NCBI GenBank assembly: GCA_016931455.1
Contig: JAFGES010000095.1
Span: forward strand, 12,487-76,486
Reading direction: 5' to 3'
DNA from: Desulfobacterales bacterium
GTDB lineage: Bacteria; Desulfobacterota; Desulfobacteria; Desulfobacterales; JAHDSC01
DNA: 64,000 nucleotides
Part shown: positions 10,164 through 19,977 of the stretch, in pieces
Position numbering within the stretch: position 1 is the stretch's first letter
Layout: each line of letters starts with the position of its first letter
Notes under the pieces: generated by a model
The model's database searches: none
Told to the model about the DNA's origin: nothing
Seen by the model: only the letters and a program-made list of their open reading frames with translations
Made by a program: the position numbers and the translations under genes

Positions 10164-10351
10164 TGATGTATTCCTCCTTTGGCGATAAGCAATATCTGCG
10201 TATCGATCGGCTTTTTTTGCCAATTGTGTTTAATTGATGTTTTACTTAAAATACTCAAATAATCCATGAAAAGTTTTATTGGCTTACATTAATAGATAAT
10301 ATCGGCCATAGGAAGTCGATTCCTAAGATTATAGTTGTAGAAAATTTGTCT

Positions 10352-10843
10352 TTATGCAGCTTCTTCGACAATTGCGATTTCTTGAGTGTTTAACACCCGA
10401 TCGATATCAAGTAGGATTTTAATACCTTCTTCCGTCTTGCCGATGCCTAATATATATTCGGTATTTAATTGGATTCCAAATGTGGGGGTCTCCTCGATAT
10501 CTTCAGCCTTGATGTTTAAGACTTCTGAAACCGAATCGACCACCAGCCCCATCATGATGGTACCTTCTTGACCGGCCACTTCAACCACAATGACACAGTT
10601 ACGCTCTGTATAATCAGTGGTTGCCATTTCAAATTTCAATCTAAGATCAATAACCGGTATGACTTTTCCGCGAAGGTTAATTACGCCTTTTACAAATTCG
10701 GGTACCTGCGGGACAGGCGTAATCGGCATCATACCAATAATTTCTTTTACTCTGAGGATGGCAATCCCATATTCCTCAGCTGCCAATGAAAAAGTAAGAT
10801 ATTTACCAGCCTTGTTTTTCACATTTTTTTCTAATTCAACCAC
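10352..10843 (-). CDS. cheW: Chemotaxis coupling protein CheW
   Basis: 163-aa CheW domain (YLTFSLAAEEYGIAILRVKEI ... GVINLRGKVIPVIDLR). Confidence 0.9.
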   Translation of the reverse strand: MVELEKNVKNKAGKYLTFSLAAEEYGIAILRVKEIIGMMPITPVPQVPEFVKGVINLRGKVIPVIDLRLKFEMATTDYTERNCVIVVEVAGQEGTIMMGLVVDSVSEVLNIKAEDIEETPTFGIQLNTEYILGIGKTEEGIKILLDIDRVLNTQEIAIVEEAA

Positions 10844-10902
10844 AGCATTTTTCTCCTTTGGATTTCATTATCCCAAAACGACACAAGCAATATTTCATGT
10901 AC

Positions 10903-11985
10903 TTATTTCGAACCCTCACGTAAAACCGTACCCGCAATAGCTTCAAGCGGTAGAATCCGTTTAACCGCTTCTCGTTTAATTGCCTCATGAGGCATTCCAA
11001 ATACGACACAAGATGCTTCATCTTGAGCAATGGTAAAAGCACCGGCTTCCTTCATTTCAAGTAAGCCACGGGCACCATCATCTCCCATGCCAGTCAGGAT
11101 GACTCCCACTGCATTGGAACCTGCATAGCGGGCAGCCGACCGAAAAAGGACATCAACCGAGGGTCGATGCCTGCAAACCAAAGGGCCTTCTTTGATTTCG
11201 ACATAATATCTTGCTCCGGATCGTTTCAAAAGTATATGCCGATTTCCCGGCCCGATAAGTGCTTGACCGCGCAGAACCCTATCCTCATTCGCTGCTTCTT
11301 TGACCTCAATCTGACATAGATCGTTAATTCGTTTTGCAAAGGCCTTTGTAAAATTTTCCGGCATATGCTGAACAATTACAATGCCCGGACTGTCATGGGG
11401 AAGAGCTTCCAAAAGCAGACGTAACGCTTCCGTTCCACCTGTAGATGCGCCGACAACGACAATTCGATCCGTTGTACGTGCCATCGCTTTTCCAGTAGGC
11501 GGGGCTATAACTGCATCAGCCGTTAGTTTTTTAGTTATTTTGTTCCGTTTGTAAGAAATCGGTTTAACACGCGCCTTTGCCGCGGCTTTAACAGCATCAC
11601 AGATACGTATCTGTGATTCTTGAAAGAAATTTTTAACATCGACTCGGGGTTTTTGAATGATATCGACCGCACCATACTCCAGAGCTTTGAGGGTGGTTTC
11701 ACATCCCTTTTCGGTAAGGCTTGAACACATCACCACGGGTATCGGATGTTGAGACATGATTCGTTTCAGAAAAGTAATGCCGTCCATACGTGGCATTTCT
11801 ACATCAAGAGTGATAACATCAGGTATCTCATTTTTAATTTTATGGGCTGCGATAAACGGATCTGTTGCTGTCGCCATTACTTCGACTTCGGGATCTGATG
11901 ATAGAATTTGTTCTAGAGTCTGACGAACAACCGCTGAATCATCTACGATCAAGACTTTGATTTTTCTCTTCATTTTATAATTCAT
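10903..11985 (-). CDS. cheB: Protein-glutamate methylesterase CheB (receiver + esterase)
   Basis: N-terminal receiver (VLIVDDS, LDVEMP). C-terminal methylesterase ([18 protein letters not shown]). Confidence 0.95.
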   Translation of the reverse strand: MNYKMKRKIKVLIVDDSAVVRQTLEQILSSDPEVEVMATATDPFIAAHKIKNEIPDVITLDVEMPRMDGITFLKRIMSQHPIPVVMCSSLTEKGCETTLKALEYGAVDIIQKPRVDVKNFFQESQIRICDAVKAAAKARVKPISYKRNKITKKLTADAVIAPPTGKAMARTTDRIVVVGASTGGTEALRLLLEALPHDSPGIVIVQHMPENFTKAFAKRINDLCQIEVKEAANEDRVLRGQALIGPGNRHILLKRSGARYYVEIKEGPLVCRHRPSVDVLFRSAARYAGSNAVGVILTGMGDDGARGLLEMKEAGAFTIAQDEASCVVFGMPHEAIKREAVKRILPLEAIAGTVLREGSK

Positions 11986-12861
11986 TTATATGGGTTTTCG
12001 GTATACGGAAATTGCTACGGTTACAAACTGATCATTAATTCCATTTAGTGTTTCTGAATGGCCGATGAATAAATATCCCCCTGGAATTAATTGATTATAA
12101 AATTTTTTAAACAATTTAATTTGTGTCTGTCGGTCAAAATAAATTATGACGTTTCGACAAAAAATAATATCCATTATCGTTTTTATTCCGAAAACGTTGC
12201 CTTCAATAAGGTTAAGGCGTTCAAATCTCACACGATTTCGTAGTTCCGGAACTATACGAAAGAGCCCCTTTTGAGAATTTTTGCCTCGCATCAGAAATTT
12301 GTGTTTAAAATTCGGGGGGATCGGCAGGACAATTTTTTCTGGATAAATCCCACGTTCGGCGGTTTCTAATACGCGCGTGGAGATATCCGTCGCCAATATA
12401 GAAAAGTCTCCAATCCGTTGCTTTGAAAAAAACTCTTTTAAGACCATGGCAATTGTGTAAGGTTCTTCTCCACTGGAGCAACCTGCGCTCCAAACATTTA
12501 GCCGTTTAAGAAGATTCATTGGTTTGGATTGGAAAAGGTCGGGCAAGCAATTTTTTAATAGAAAATCTAAATGCTTTGGTTCACGAAAAAAATCTGTTTT
12601 ATTTGTTGTGACCACATTGATCATGTGAACGAGTTCTTTGGATCGGCCTTGCCGACTGGTGACGTAATCGTAATATTCACTAAATGAAGTTATATCCTGA
12701 AGGCGTAACCGTTTCGTCAACCGAGAAGTCAACATCGTTTTTTTTGTCGATGAGATTTTGACACCGCATTCTTCATAAATCAAATTGCTAAAACGCCGGA
12801 AATCATGTTCCGACATACTTGGATTTTTTTGTTTTGATAAGTTGTAACTACTATTTTGCAT
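11986..12861 (-). CDS. cheR: Chemotaxis methyltransferase CheR (full length)
   Basis: N-terminal helical domain plus SAM-binding domain (VWSAGCSSGEEPYTIAM, IFCRNVIIYFD). The stop abuts the cheB start with 0 nt spacing. Confidence 0.9.
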   Translation of the reverse strand: MQNSSYNLSKQKNPSMSEHDFRRFSNLIYEECGVKISSTKKTMLTSRLTKRLRLQDITSFSEYYDYVTSRQGRSKELVHMINVVTTNKTDFFREPKHLDFLLKNCLPDLFQSKPMNLLKRLNVWSAGCSSGEEPYTIAMVLKEFFSKQRIGDFSILATDISTRVLETAERGIYPEKIVLPIPPNFKHKFLMRGKNSQKGLFRIVPELRNRVRFERLNLIEGNVFGIKTIMDIIFCRNVIIYFDRQTQIKLFKKFYNQLIPGGYLFIGHSETLNGINDQFVTVAISVYRKPI

Positions 12862-12890
12862 ATAAATTTATTCATGTTTGAATTGAATTG

Positions 12891-12941
12891 GAACACGGAT
12901 GATTTTGCGTAAAGAGTTTTCTCGCAGCCTCATCCGTGTTC
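12891..12941 (-). other. Long perfect stem-loop in the cheW-cheR intercistronic region
   Basis: GAACACGGATGA (12891-12902) and TCATCCGTGTTC (12930-12941) form a perfect 12-bp inverted repeat with a 27-nt loop. A T-run follows only on the + strand. Confidence 0.6.
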
Positions 12942-13004
12942 TATGTTTTTTAAATCAAAACTTAGGCTTTTCTACAGTGCTAAACGATAAGCTCGGCAAA
13001 TCTA

Positions 13005-13535
13005 CTATGCCGCATTTTCAGAAAGCATTATTTCTGAGTCGGTTTCCGAATTATTTTCGATTATCTGCGCGGCGGTGTATTCATTCGCCGTAAGGATACG
13101 ATCGATATCGAGAATAATTAGAAATTTTTCATCTTGTTTGCCCATACCCTTAATAAATTCATTTTTGAGTTTGGTTCCTATCCGCGGTGCTGGTGCGATT
13201 TGAGCCGGGTCAAGATCGATGACTTCTTTCACCGAATCGGCCAGAGCCCCCATCTGCATGATTTCGCCATCCATTTCGATTTCAACGATTACAATACAGG
13301 TATCAACTGTTTTCTGAATAGCACTCATGCCGAGTTTAAGCCGTAAGTCAATTACCGGTACGACATTGCCGCGCAGGTTGATAACGCCCCTGAGATACTC
13401 CGGCATGCGGGGTACTTTCGTGATGGTGGTATAGTCGAGTACCTCTCGCACCTTTGCAATTTCAAGTGCAAAATCCTCTTGACCCAGAGTAAATGTAAAA
13501 TATTGAGTTGCTTTGGTTATTTCGCCTGAACTCAT
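13005..13535 (-). CDS. cheW: Chemotaxis coupling protein CheW (second copy)
   Basis: 176-aa CheW domain (YFTFTLGQEDFALEIAKVREV ... GVINLRGNVVPVIDLR). Confidence 0.85.
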   Translation of the reverse strand: MSSGEITKATQYFTFTLGQEDFALEIAKVREVLDYTTITKVPRMPEYLRGVINLRGNVVPVIDLRLKLGMSAIQKTVDTCIVIVEIEMDGEIMQMGALADSVKEVIDLDPAQIAPAPRIGTKLKNEFIKGMGKQDEKFLIILDIDRILTANEYTAAQIIENNSETDSEIMLSENAA

Positions 13536-13645
13536 TTGATATCCTCCTGATGTTTTCAGTTTGCTTCAGATTGCATTTGCATCGGATCATATTGACAAAA
13601 AGCCGAAGGCTATTATGATGTTAGACAAAAAATTTTTTTTATTAT

Positions 13646-16462
13646 CTAGAAGCGTTCAAATTCATTATCATCATGGTCACTTAAATCCAAAGCAACTCCT
13701 TGTTCCGATGCTGCTGCTGCTGATGTGTAGGTTTTCTTGAACGTGTGTTTCGGCGCTGGTTTATTAGGTGCTGCGCCCGAATGCCTGACTTTTTTCAAAC
13801 CACCGTTAATCGCTTGAAAGGCTCGTTTTGACTGACGATGAATTGATTTTTGGTGTGATTGGTTATCAACTTTGAAAAATTCGGCTGTATTTTTAAGTTG
13901 CTCGGCTTGGCCGGAGAGTTCTTCGCTGGTGGAAGCCATTTCTTCGGTCGCGCTGGCATTTTGCTGAATTACCTGATCTAATTGTTCGATGGCCTTTGTA
14001 ATCTGCTGAATTCCATCGGCTTGTTCGGCGCTGGATGCATTGATTTCCATTACCAGTTCAGCGTTTTTCTGGATAGCCGGTACCATATCTGATATCAGCA
14101 TGCCCGCTTTTTCGGCAATTTCAACACTAGTGCTGGACAAATTACCAATCTCCTGTGCAGCAGTTTGGCTGCGTTCAGCCAATTTGCGAACCTCAGATGC
14201 AACGACCGCAAAACCTTTGCCGTGTTCGCCGGCACGAGCCGCTTCAATGGCTGCGTTAAGTGCCAGCATGTTTGTCTGGCGAGCAATTTCTTCGATGATG
14301 CCGATCTTAGCGGCAATACTCTTCATGGCCTGAACGGTTTCGGTTACGGATGCCCCGCCTTTTTTTGCATCTTCAGCTGCTTTTTCAGCAATTGATGCGG
14401 TTTCTTTCGCATTATCGGCGTTTTGGGTAACGGTGCTGTTCATTTCCTCCATCGAACTGGAGACCTCTTCGACACTTGCAGATTGTTCGGTGGCTCCTTG
14501 TGACATTTGCTGGGCGGCGGAGCTGATTTGCTGGCTGCCGGAGGCAACCTGCTCGGCTGCGGTTTGTACGTTTACTGCAATTGAGGTAAGTTCTTTAACC
14601 ATCTTCTGTAATGCTTCCATGAGCATATCTTGCTCGGACCTCTTTTCGACTTTGACCATGAGGTTTCCATCGGCAATTTCCTGGGAAAGTGCGACTACGT
14701 CGTTTGTGTTTTCCATCATCTGGATCAATGACGGCATAATTTTATCGTTTTCCGAGCGTCGACCGATTTTTTTATATTCCGCTAAATCCTTCAGGTCACC
14801 TACTGCGATGTTGTTCACCGTATCGGTTATATGCAGAAGAACATCTCTGACATGATTGACAGCCTCTCCCACTTCGGCAAAGAGTCCTTCGTATTGGCCC
14901 TTTATGCTTTTTGTATGGTCGTTTACCGCCATTCGTTGAAGAACGGCATTGGCTTCGACCAGGCCTCCAAGTCCGTCAATACATTGATTGATATTGTTTT
15001 TGATTTCGTTAAAGTCACCTTTGTACTCATCTGTAATTTTATCAGGAATATCGCCTTTACTGATGCGGTCTACGTACTCCGCTGCTACATTAAGCGGTCC
15101 GATCACCGCATCCAGTGTGTCGTTGACGCCTTTGACGATTTTGGCATAGTCACCAGCGAAACTGGTCGCATCGCCGCGGATATCGAGTTTGCCTTCAACG
15201 GCAGCCTGAGTTAAAGTATTGATCTCATCTCCCAAGCCCTTAATATTTTCCATCATTTCGATGATAGCCGGAATAATTTTATCGTTTTCGGAACGTCTGC
15301 CGATTTCTTTATAATTTGCTAAATCACTTAAGTCACCGACGGCAATATCATTTACTGTATCCGTGATGTGCAGCAGTCTCTGCCTGACATCGTTTGTCGC
15401 TTTTCCAACTTCGGCAAAGATCCCTTCATATTGTCCTTCGACCTTCATTGTATGGTCATTAACGGCCATTCGCTGGAGAACGGCATTAGCTTCGACCAAA
15501 CCTCCAAGCCCGTCAATACACTGATTGATATTATTTTTGATTTCGTTAAAGTCACCTTTGTACTCATCTATTATTTTTTCGGGAATATCCCCCTTGCTGA
15601 TCCGATCCACATATTCGGCCGCTACATTCAGGGGGCCGATTACCGCATCCAGTGTTTCATTAACACCTTGTACAACTTTACCGAAATCACCACTAAACTT
15701 GGAAGCATCTGCTCTTATATCCAACTTGCCTTCAAGCGCTTCCTGGGTTAACCCGTTGATTTCATCCCCCAATCCCTTGATTGTTTCCATCATTTCAATA
15801 TAAGCGGATACGATTTTATCGTTATCGGACAATCGGGCCTTGCCACCGCCGATTTGCCTGTAAGCTTCTAAATCACTGAGATCCCCTTGCGCAATTTTGT
15901 TAGCCGTAATTGTCACTTGCAGCAGCACACGCCGGACAAGGTTTATGGCCTTTCCAATTTCACCATAGATCCCCGTATATTTGCCTTGCATTTTCATTGT
16001 GTGATCGTTAAAGGCCATGCGTTGCAAAACGGAATTGGCTTCCACAAGTCCTTGGAGGGAGTCAATACAGTCATTAATACTGTTTTCAGTATCATTCAGA
16101 GCGCCTTTATATTCAGCTGTAATTTTTTTTGGGATATCGCCTTGGGTAATACACTCAATAAATTCTTTAGCAGTTTCCAAAGGGTTGGTTACGGTATCAA
16201 TTATTTGATTGATACCTTCAAGTATTTCTCTTTCCGTACCACTTGTGTCGCGGCAATCTGCACGGGCATCCAACTGCCCGGCCATAATGGCTTCAAGCAA
16301 TCTATTAAATTCTTTGAGCATACTTTTACTCCTCATTTTTCCATTAGAATTATTTAATTTTTTTTCATTCGCTATGGTTTGAATTTCTTCTTCTACAGGC
16401 GGCCCTTTTGCAGATGAAGGAAAAGTTTCTTCTTTAATGTTTTTAGCTTTTTTGCCTGCCAT
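13646..16462 (-). CDS. Soluble methyl-accepting chemotaxis protein with three tandem sensor-like repeats
   Basis: Canonical MCP tip ([35 protein letters not shown]). I could find no hydrophobic transmembrane segment. Three 179-183-aa repeats span aa 58-598. C-terminus reads EFERF. Confidence 0.9.
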   Translation of the reverse strand: MAGKKAKNIKEETFPSSAKGPPVEEEIQTIANEKKLNNSNGKMRSKSMLKEFNRLLEAIMAGQLDARADCRDTSGTEREILEGINQIIDTVTNPLETAKEFIECITQGDIPKKITAEYKGALNDTENSINDCIDSLQGLVEANSVLQRMAFNDHTMKMQGKYTGIYGEIGKAINLVRRVLLQVTITANKIAQGDLSDLEAYRQIGGGKARLSDNDKIVSAYIEMMETIKGLGDEINGLTQEALEGKLDIRADASKFSGDFGKVVQGVNETLDAVIGPLNVAAEYVDRISKGDIPEKIIDEYKGDFNEIKNNINQCIDGLGGLVEANAVLQRMAVNDHTMKVEGQYEGIFAEVGKATNDVRQRLLHITDTVNDIAVGDLSDLANYKEIGRRSENDKIIPAIIEMMENIKGLGDEINTLTQAAVEGKLDIRGDATSFAGDYAKIVKGVNDTLDAVIGPLNVAAEYVDRISKGDIPDKITDEYKGDFNEIKNNINQCIDGLGGLVEANAVLQRMAVNDHTKSIKGQYEGLFAEVGEAVNHVRDVLLHITDTVNNIAVGDLKDLAEYKKIGRRSENDKIMPSLIQMMENTNDVVALSQEIADGNLMVKVEKRSEQDMLMEALQKMVKELTSIAVNVQTAAEQVASGSQQISSAAQQMSQGATEQSASVEEVSSSMEEMNSTVTQNADNAKETASIAEKAAEDAKKGGASVTETVQAMKSIAAKIGIIEEIARQTNMLALNAAIEAARAGEHGKGFAVVASEVRKLAERSQTAAQEIGNLSSTSVEIAEKAGMLISDMVPAIQKNAELVMEINASSAEQADGIQQITKAIEQLDQVIQQNASATEEMASTSEELSGQAEQLKNTAEFFKVDNQSHQKSIHRQSKRAFQAINGGLKKVRHSGAAPNKPAPKHTFKKTYTSAAAASEQGVALDLSDHDDNEFERF
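14669..16291 (-). repeat. Intragenic tandem repeat, 3 units of about 537 nt
   Basis: Protein repeats lie at aa 58-240, 241-419 and 420-598. Units 2 and 3 are near-identical over long stretches ([61 protein letters not shown]). The 127-aa antisense shadow ORFs at 14831 and 15368 are offset by exactly 537 nt. Confidence 0.9.
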
Positions 16463-16577
16463 TACTTACCCTCCATTTTTCAATTTGTTGGAATAAATAT
16501 GATTTCCGTTATAAATTCATTTGCTTATCGTTTCTGACGATAATTGATAAGAGTTTTAAATGATTCAAGATAGATAT

Positions 16578-17177
16578 TTATTTTTTTAGTCCCTTTCTTG
16601 CATTGTTTAATGATGTGTAGAGTGTTTTTTTTAAATTGCCTTGTAAGGGCTTTCCATGCCCGCAATAGATTGATTGAATATTTTTGCAGCAAAGCTTTTC
16701 CATCGCACGAACAAAACCGGTTTCATAAGTGCCGCCGGGCGTCTTGATAAAAATAGGGGTGTCACCTGAGAACAGGACACCTTCTTTATCACAGTAAAGA
16801 CATATAGAATCGATGCTGTGACCTGGTGTATGGTGGACTTCAAATATTCTGTCGCCGATTTTTAAAGTTTCTTTATCTTTCAATCGGCAGTCAACCCCCT
16901 CTAGTGAAGCAGAAAAAGCATAAATGACAGGATTAAAAGCTTTTTTGATTTGAGGTAAAAGACCGGTGTGGTCATAATGACTATGAGTTAGAATAACCTG
17001 ATCTATTTTATGTTTGCCGACACCTGTTGGAATATTATTAATTTTTTCAATCACCGATGGATCCCGGCCGACGTCTATTAGGGTGTTCACATCTCCAAAG
17101 GCATTCCATGTGCCGGTAATCAGATAAACATTGGAAGTATAGATCTTACTGTCTGTGGTAAGATTTAATATTTTCAA
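16578..17177 (-). CDS. Metallo-beta-lactamase-fold hydrolase (199 aa)
   Basis: HxHxDH motif (LTHSHYDHTG) with downstream His and Asp ligands (HHTPGHS, CGH). Lies 12 nt downstream of the short cheR-like gene. Confidence 0.8.
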   Translation of the reverse strand: MKILNLTTDSKIYTSNVYLITGTWNAFGDVNTLIDVGRDPSVIEKINNIPTGVGKHKIDQVILTHSHYDHTGLLPQIKKAFNPVIYAFSASLEGVDCRLKDKETLKIGDRIFEVHHTPGHSIDSICLYCDKEGVLFSGDTPIFIKTPGGTYETGFVRAMEKLCCKNIQSIYCGHGKPLQGNLKKTLYTSLNNARKGLKK

Positions 17178-17189
17178 ACAACGATTCCT

Positions 17190-17795
17190 TTATTCAAGTT
17201 TTTGGAAAACCTGTGCATTCGAAACGATGGGGTCGAACATTGTCTGAACCTGGCCCGGCAATTTTTGAGTCTGTTCCATTACAAAAAAACCACCGTCTAC
17301 AAGTGAATCATGGAACATTTTTATAACCTTGATCCGTTGTTCCAGTTGAAAGTGTAGAAGTACGTTTTTACAAATAATCAGGTCAAAATTTTTTCTCACA
17401 GGTCTGAGCGTCAATAGATCGTGTTTCTGAAATGTGATACACTTGCGGATTTCTGTAACCACTCTAAAATGATCGGGTTTGTCGGTGGGCTCAAAGTATT
17501 TGGTGAAAATATCTTTTGGAATCCTTGCAACTTGATTTTTGGGATATAAACCGTTTTTTATAATTTCTCCGAATAGGTTGCTACCGTCAATATCCGTGCT
17601 ATAAATTTTAACGTTTCTAAAAATCATTTTGCCCATATTTTCCCGTAAAATCATAGCAATCGAATAAGGTTCCGGTCCCATGGCACATCCCGCATCCCAA
17701 ATGTTGATGTACCGACGAGCTCTCAAAGATGGAATAATATGGTCACGAATCATATCCAAGGTTTGCATGTCTCTGAAAAAATAGGTAAAAGCCAT
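17190..17795 (-). CDS. CheR-type SAM-dependent methyltransferase, catalytic domain only
   Basis: FFRD...IWDAGCAMGPEPYSIAM and ICKNVLLHF match the CheR SAM-binding domain. The roughly 80-aa N-terminal helical domain present in the CheR at 11986-12861 is absent. Confidence 0.75.
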   Translation of the reverse strand: MAFTYFFRDMQTLDMIRDHIIPSLRARRYINIWDAGCAMGPEPYSIAMILRENMGKMIFRNVKIYSTDIDGSNLFGEIIKNGLYPKNQVARIPKDIFTKYFEPTDKPDHFRVVTEIRKCITFQKHDLLTLRPVRKNFDLIICKNVLLHFQLEQRIKVIKMFHDSLVDGGFFVMEQTQKLPGQVQTMFDPIVSNAQVFQKLE

Positions 17796-17816
17796 CTATA
17801 TGTTTCTATTTTCCAC

Positions 17817-19967
17817 TTAATTTATTTTAGAAGTAAGTGCTCTTGCTTCTTCCTGTTCAGCACATCGGATAACTTTAATTGCATCAAGAATAAGCGCTAT
17901 ACCGCCATCGCCAAGAATGGTCGCACCGGAGATCCCTTCGGCGTCAGCGTATATTCTTCCAAGGGACTTGATAACGGTTTGGTGATCACCCATTATTTCA
18001 TCAACAACAATGCCGAATCGCTGATTTTCAAGTCTAACAATGGCAATATGTTCTCGACCCGGTCTATCGCCGAGTATATTAAATATCTCTCGTAAGCGAA
18101 CATATGGAATCCATTCACCCCTTACATCTATCATATATCGGTTGTGAGCCTTAGTAAGATCGTTTTGTGAAAGTTCGACACATTCTTCCACCATGGAAAG
18201 AGGCAAAACGAATCGGTTTGTATTTACTTTCACTAGAAGGCCGTCGATTATGGCAAGTGTCAGCGGCAAGTTGATGGTAATGGTCGTGCCGCAGCCTTGT
18301 TTACTAGAAATTTCAATCGTTCCACGCATTGCATCAATTTCACGTTTTACTACATCCATTCCAACTCCCCGGCCTGAAATACTAGTAACATTTTGGGCGG
18401 TTGAAAAACCGGGTTCAAAGATCAGGTTAAGAATTTCGTTTTCATCTAAATCCGAATCGGATTGAATCAATCCTTTTTCAATTGCTTTGGCTTTGATGGT
18501 TTCAAGTTTGATGCCGGCACCATCATCAGAAACGGTAATAACGACGCTGGCCCCAACATGTGCAGCGCTTAAGCAAATCTTTCCTCGGCGTGATTTACCG
18601 ATGGCCTTACGGTTTTCCGGCGCTTCTATTCCATGATCAATACTGTTGCGTATTAAGTGAACCAGTGGATCATTGAGGCTTTCTATGATAGTTTTATCCA
18701 GCTCGGTATCTCCGCCCTCCGTCACCAAATCAATCTCTTTTTGCAGCTCAATAGACAGGTCACGTACAAGTCGCTTAAATGTGCTGAAAGTCGTTCCAAT
18801 GGGCAGCATCCGAATATTGAGAACACAATCTCGCAGTTCACTTGTTAGACGCTCAATTTCTTCAGCCGTGTTATTTAATTCGGCAGCATTTACTTCTGAA
18901 GTAATCTGAGTAAGCCTTGCCTGAGTAATGACTAATTCTCCAACAAGATTGATAAGTCGATCAAGTCGTTCAGCAGGTACCCGTACACCGGCGACTTTGG
19001 GAGTCTTTTTTTGTCTCTTGAGGAATTGTTGCTCGGTTAGTGCGGATTTTATTTTTTCTTTCGATACGCTTCCGGACTCGATCAATAAATTACCGATTGG
19101 TTTTTGGCCGGCAAGCACCTCGTTTAACTCAAGCAGAGTGACGTCTCCCCGATCAACCAGTATTTCACCTATCCGTTTGTGTGCTACATTCAAATTGGTT
19201 TTAAAATCCGCAATTTCTTGTATTGAAATGTCACTATCCTCTTGAATAAAAATAAAAACGTCTTTAATCGCATTAATATCTTTTTCTGTTGTGAGTATGA
19301 TATCCCAGAAAAGGTAGCAATTTTCAGGAATTAAGTTTAAAAGTACCGGAATTTCTTCCGTTTGGGATATTATTGCACATTCGCCAAGACTGCGCAGTTC
19401 ATCTAAAATTAAGATAGGATCCATTCCGGATGCAAAAATACCGGCTTCAGGATTAAATCTGATTCGATAGGTATGATCACTTTTTTCTTTATGATCCAAC
19501 TGGATATATTTGTTCTCTTCTATTGAAGGAATCGAAACCGGATTAGCCTGAGTGGGTAAAAGAGCTTTCAAATCAGAGATGATTTTTTGAGAATTCAAAT
19601 TATTTTCCGAACTTTTTAAGGTTATTTTTTTCCCTTCTACGGATTGAAGCATGGTGCTGATCTCATCCCGTGCTCTGAGAATTAAATCAATGAGTTCTTG
19701 ACTAATGGGTATGGTTCCGTCTCTGACTTTATCCAGCACAGTTTCGACGTGATGGGTAAAAGCGGCGATCTCATCAAATCCAAACATAGCACCTGAACCT
19801 TTGATGGTATGTATAGCACGAAATAGACGGTTAATCGTTTCAGCATCATCAGGATTCTTCTCAAGATCCAATACGGTTTCTTCAATATCTTGGAGAAGCT
19901 CTTCTGCCTCCTGGCGGTAAGCATTACTATGATCATTTGATTCGTTCATCATTGCATATTCCTTCAA
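17817..19967 (-). CDS. cheA: Chemotaxis-type histidine kinase CheA (module 2)
   Basis: Hpt (AIHTIKGSGAMFG), P3 region, HATPase (NSIDHGIE, DDGAGI, GRGVGMDVV) and a C-terminal CheW-like domain. Confidence 0.9.
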   Translation of the reverse strand: MKEYAMMNESNDHSNAYRQEAEELLQDIEETVLDLEKNPDDAETINRLFRAIHTIKGSGAMFGFDEIAAFTHHVETVLDKVRDGTIPISQELIDLILRARDEISTMLQSVEGKKITLKSSENNLNSQKIISDLKALLPTQANPVSIPSIEENKYIQLDHKEKSDHTYRIRFNPEAGIFASGMDPILILDELRSLGECAIISQTEEIPVLLNLIPENCYLFWDIILTTEKDINAIKDVFIFIQEDSDISIQEIADFKTNLNVAHKRIGEILVDRGDVTLLELNEVLAGQKPIGNLLIESGSVSKEKIKSALTEQQFLKRQKKTPKVAGVRVPAERLDRLINLVGELVITQARLTQITSEVNAAELNNTAEEIERLTSELRDCVLNIRMLPIGTTFSTFKRLVRDLSIELQKEIDLVTEGGDTELDKTIIESLNDPLVHLIRNSIDHGIEAPENRKAIGKSRRGKICLSAAHVGASVVITVSDDGAGIKLETIKAKAIEKGLIQSDSDLDENEILNLIFEPGFSTAQNVTSISGRGVGMDVVKREIDAMRGTIEISSKQGCGTTITINLPLTLAIIDGLLVKVNTNRFVLPLSMVEECVELSQNDLTKAHNRYMIDVRGEWIPYVRLREIFNILGDRPGREHIAIVRLENQRFGIVVDEIMGDHQTVIKSLGRIYADAEGISGATILGDGGIALILDAIKVIRCAEQEEARALTSKIN

Positions 19968-19977
19968 TTCGCCCGGT

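Noticed and set aside
10895-10925. GGGTTCGAAAT string resembling a tRNA T-arm.
   Set aside because: It is the 3' end of the cheB coding sequence (..REGSK stop). No acceptor or anticodon stems can be built around it.
13596-13611. Small hairpin AGCC-GAA-GGCT with a flanking A/T run right after the MCP stop.
   Set aside because: The stem is only 4 bp with a 3-nt loop, too weak to call a terminator. It may modestly attenuate read-through into cheW.
14831-16357. Plus-strand ORFs of 127, 127 and 156 aa (14831-15214, 15368-15751, 15887-16357), plus others antisense to the MCP gene.
   Set aside because: They mirror the MCP tandem repeat: two are the same length and exactly 537 nt apart. Their composition is low-complexity and Phe/Ile-rich. 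They are shadow ORFs of a strongly supported minus-strand gene.
16463-16577. Possible sigma28 (FliA-type) promoter upstream of the MCP gene, with TAAA and CGATAA-like elements.
   Set aside because: The spacing between the candidate -35 and -10 elements does not fit the TAAA-N15-GCCGATAA consensus. I cannot support a call.
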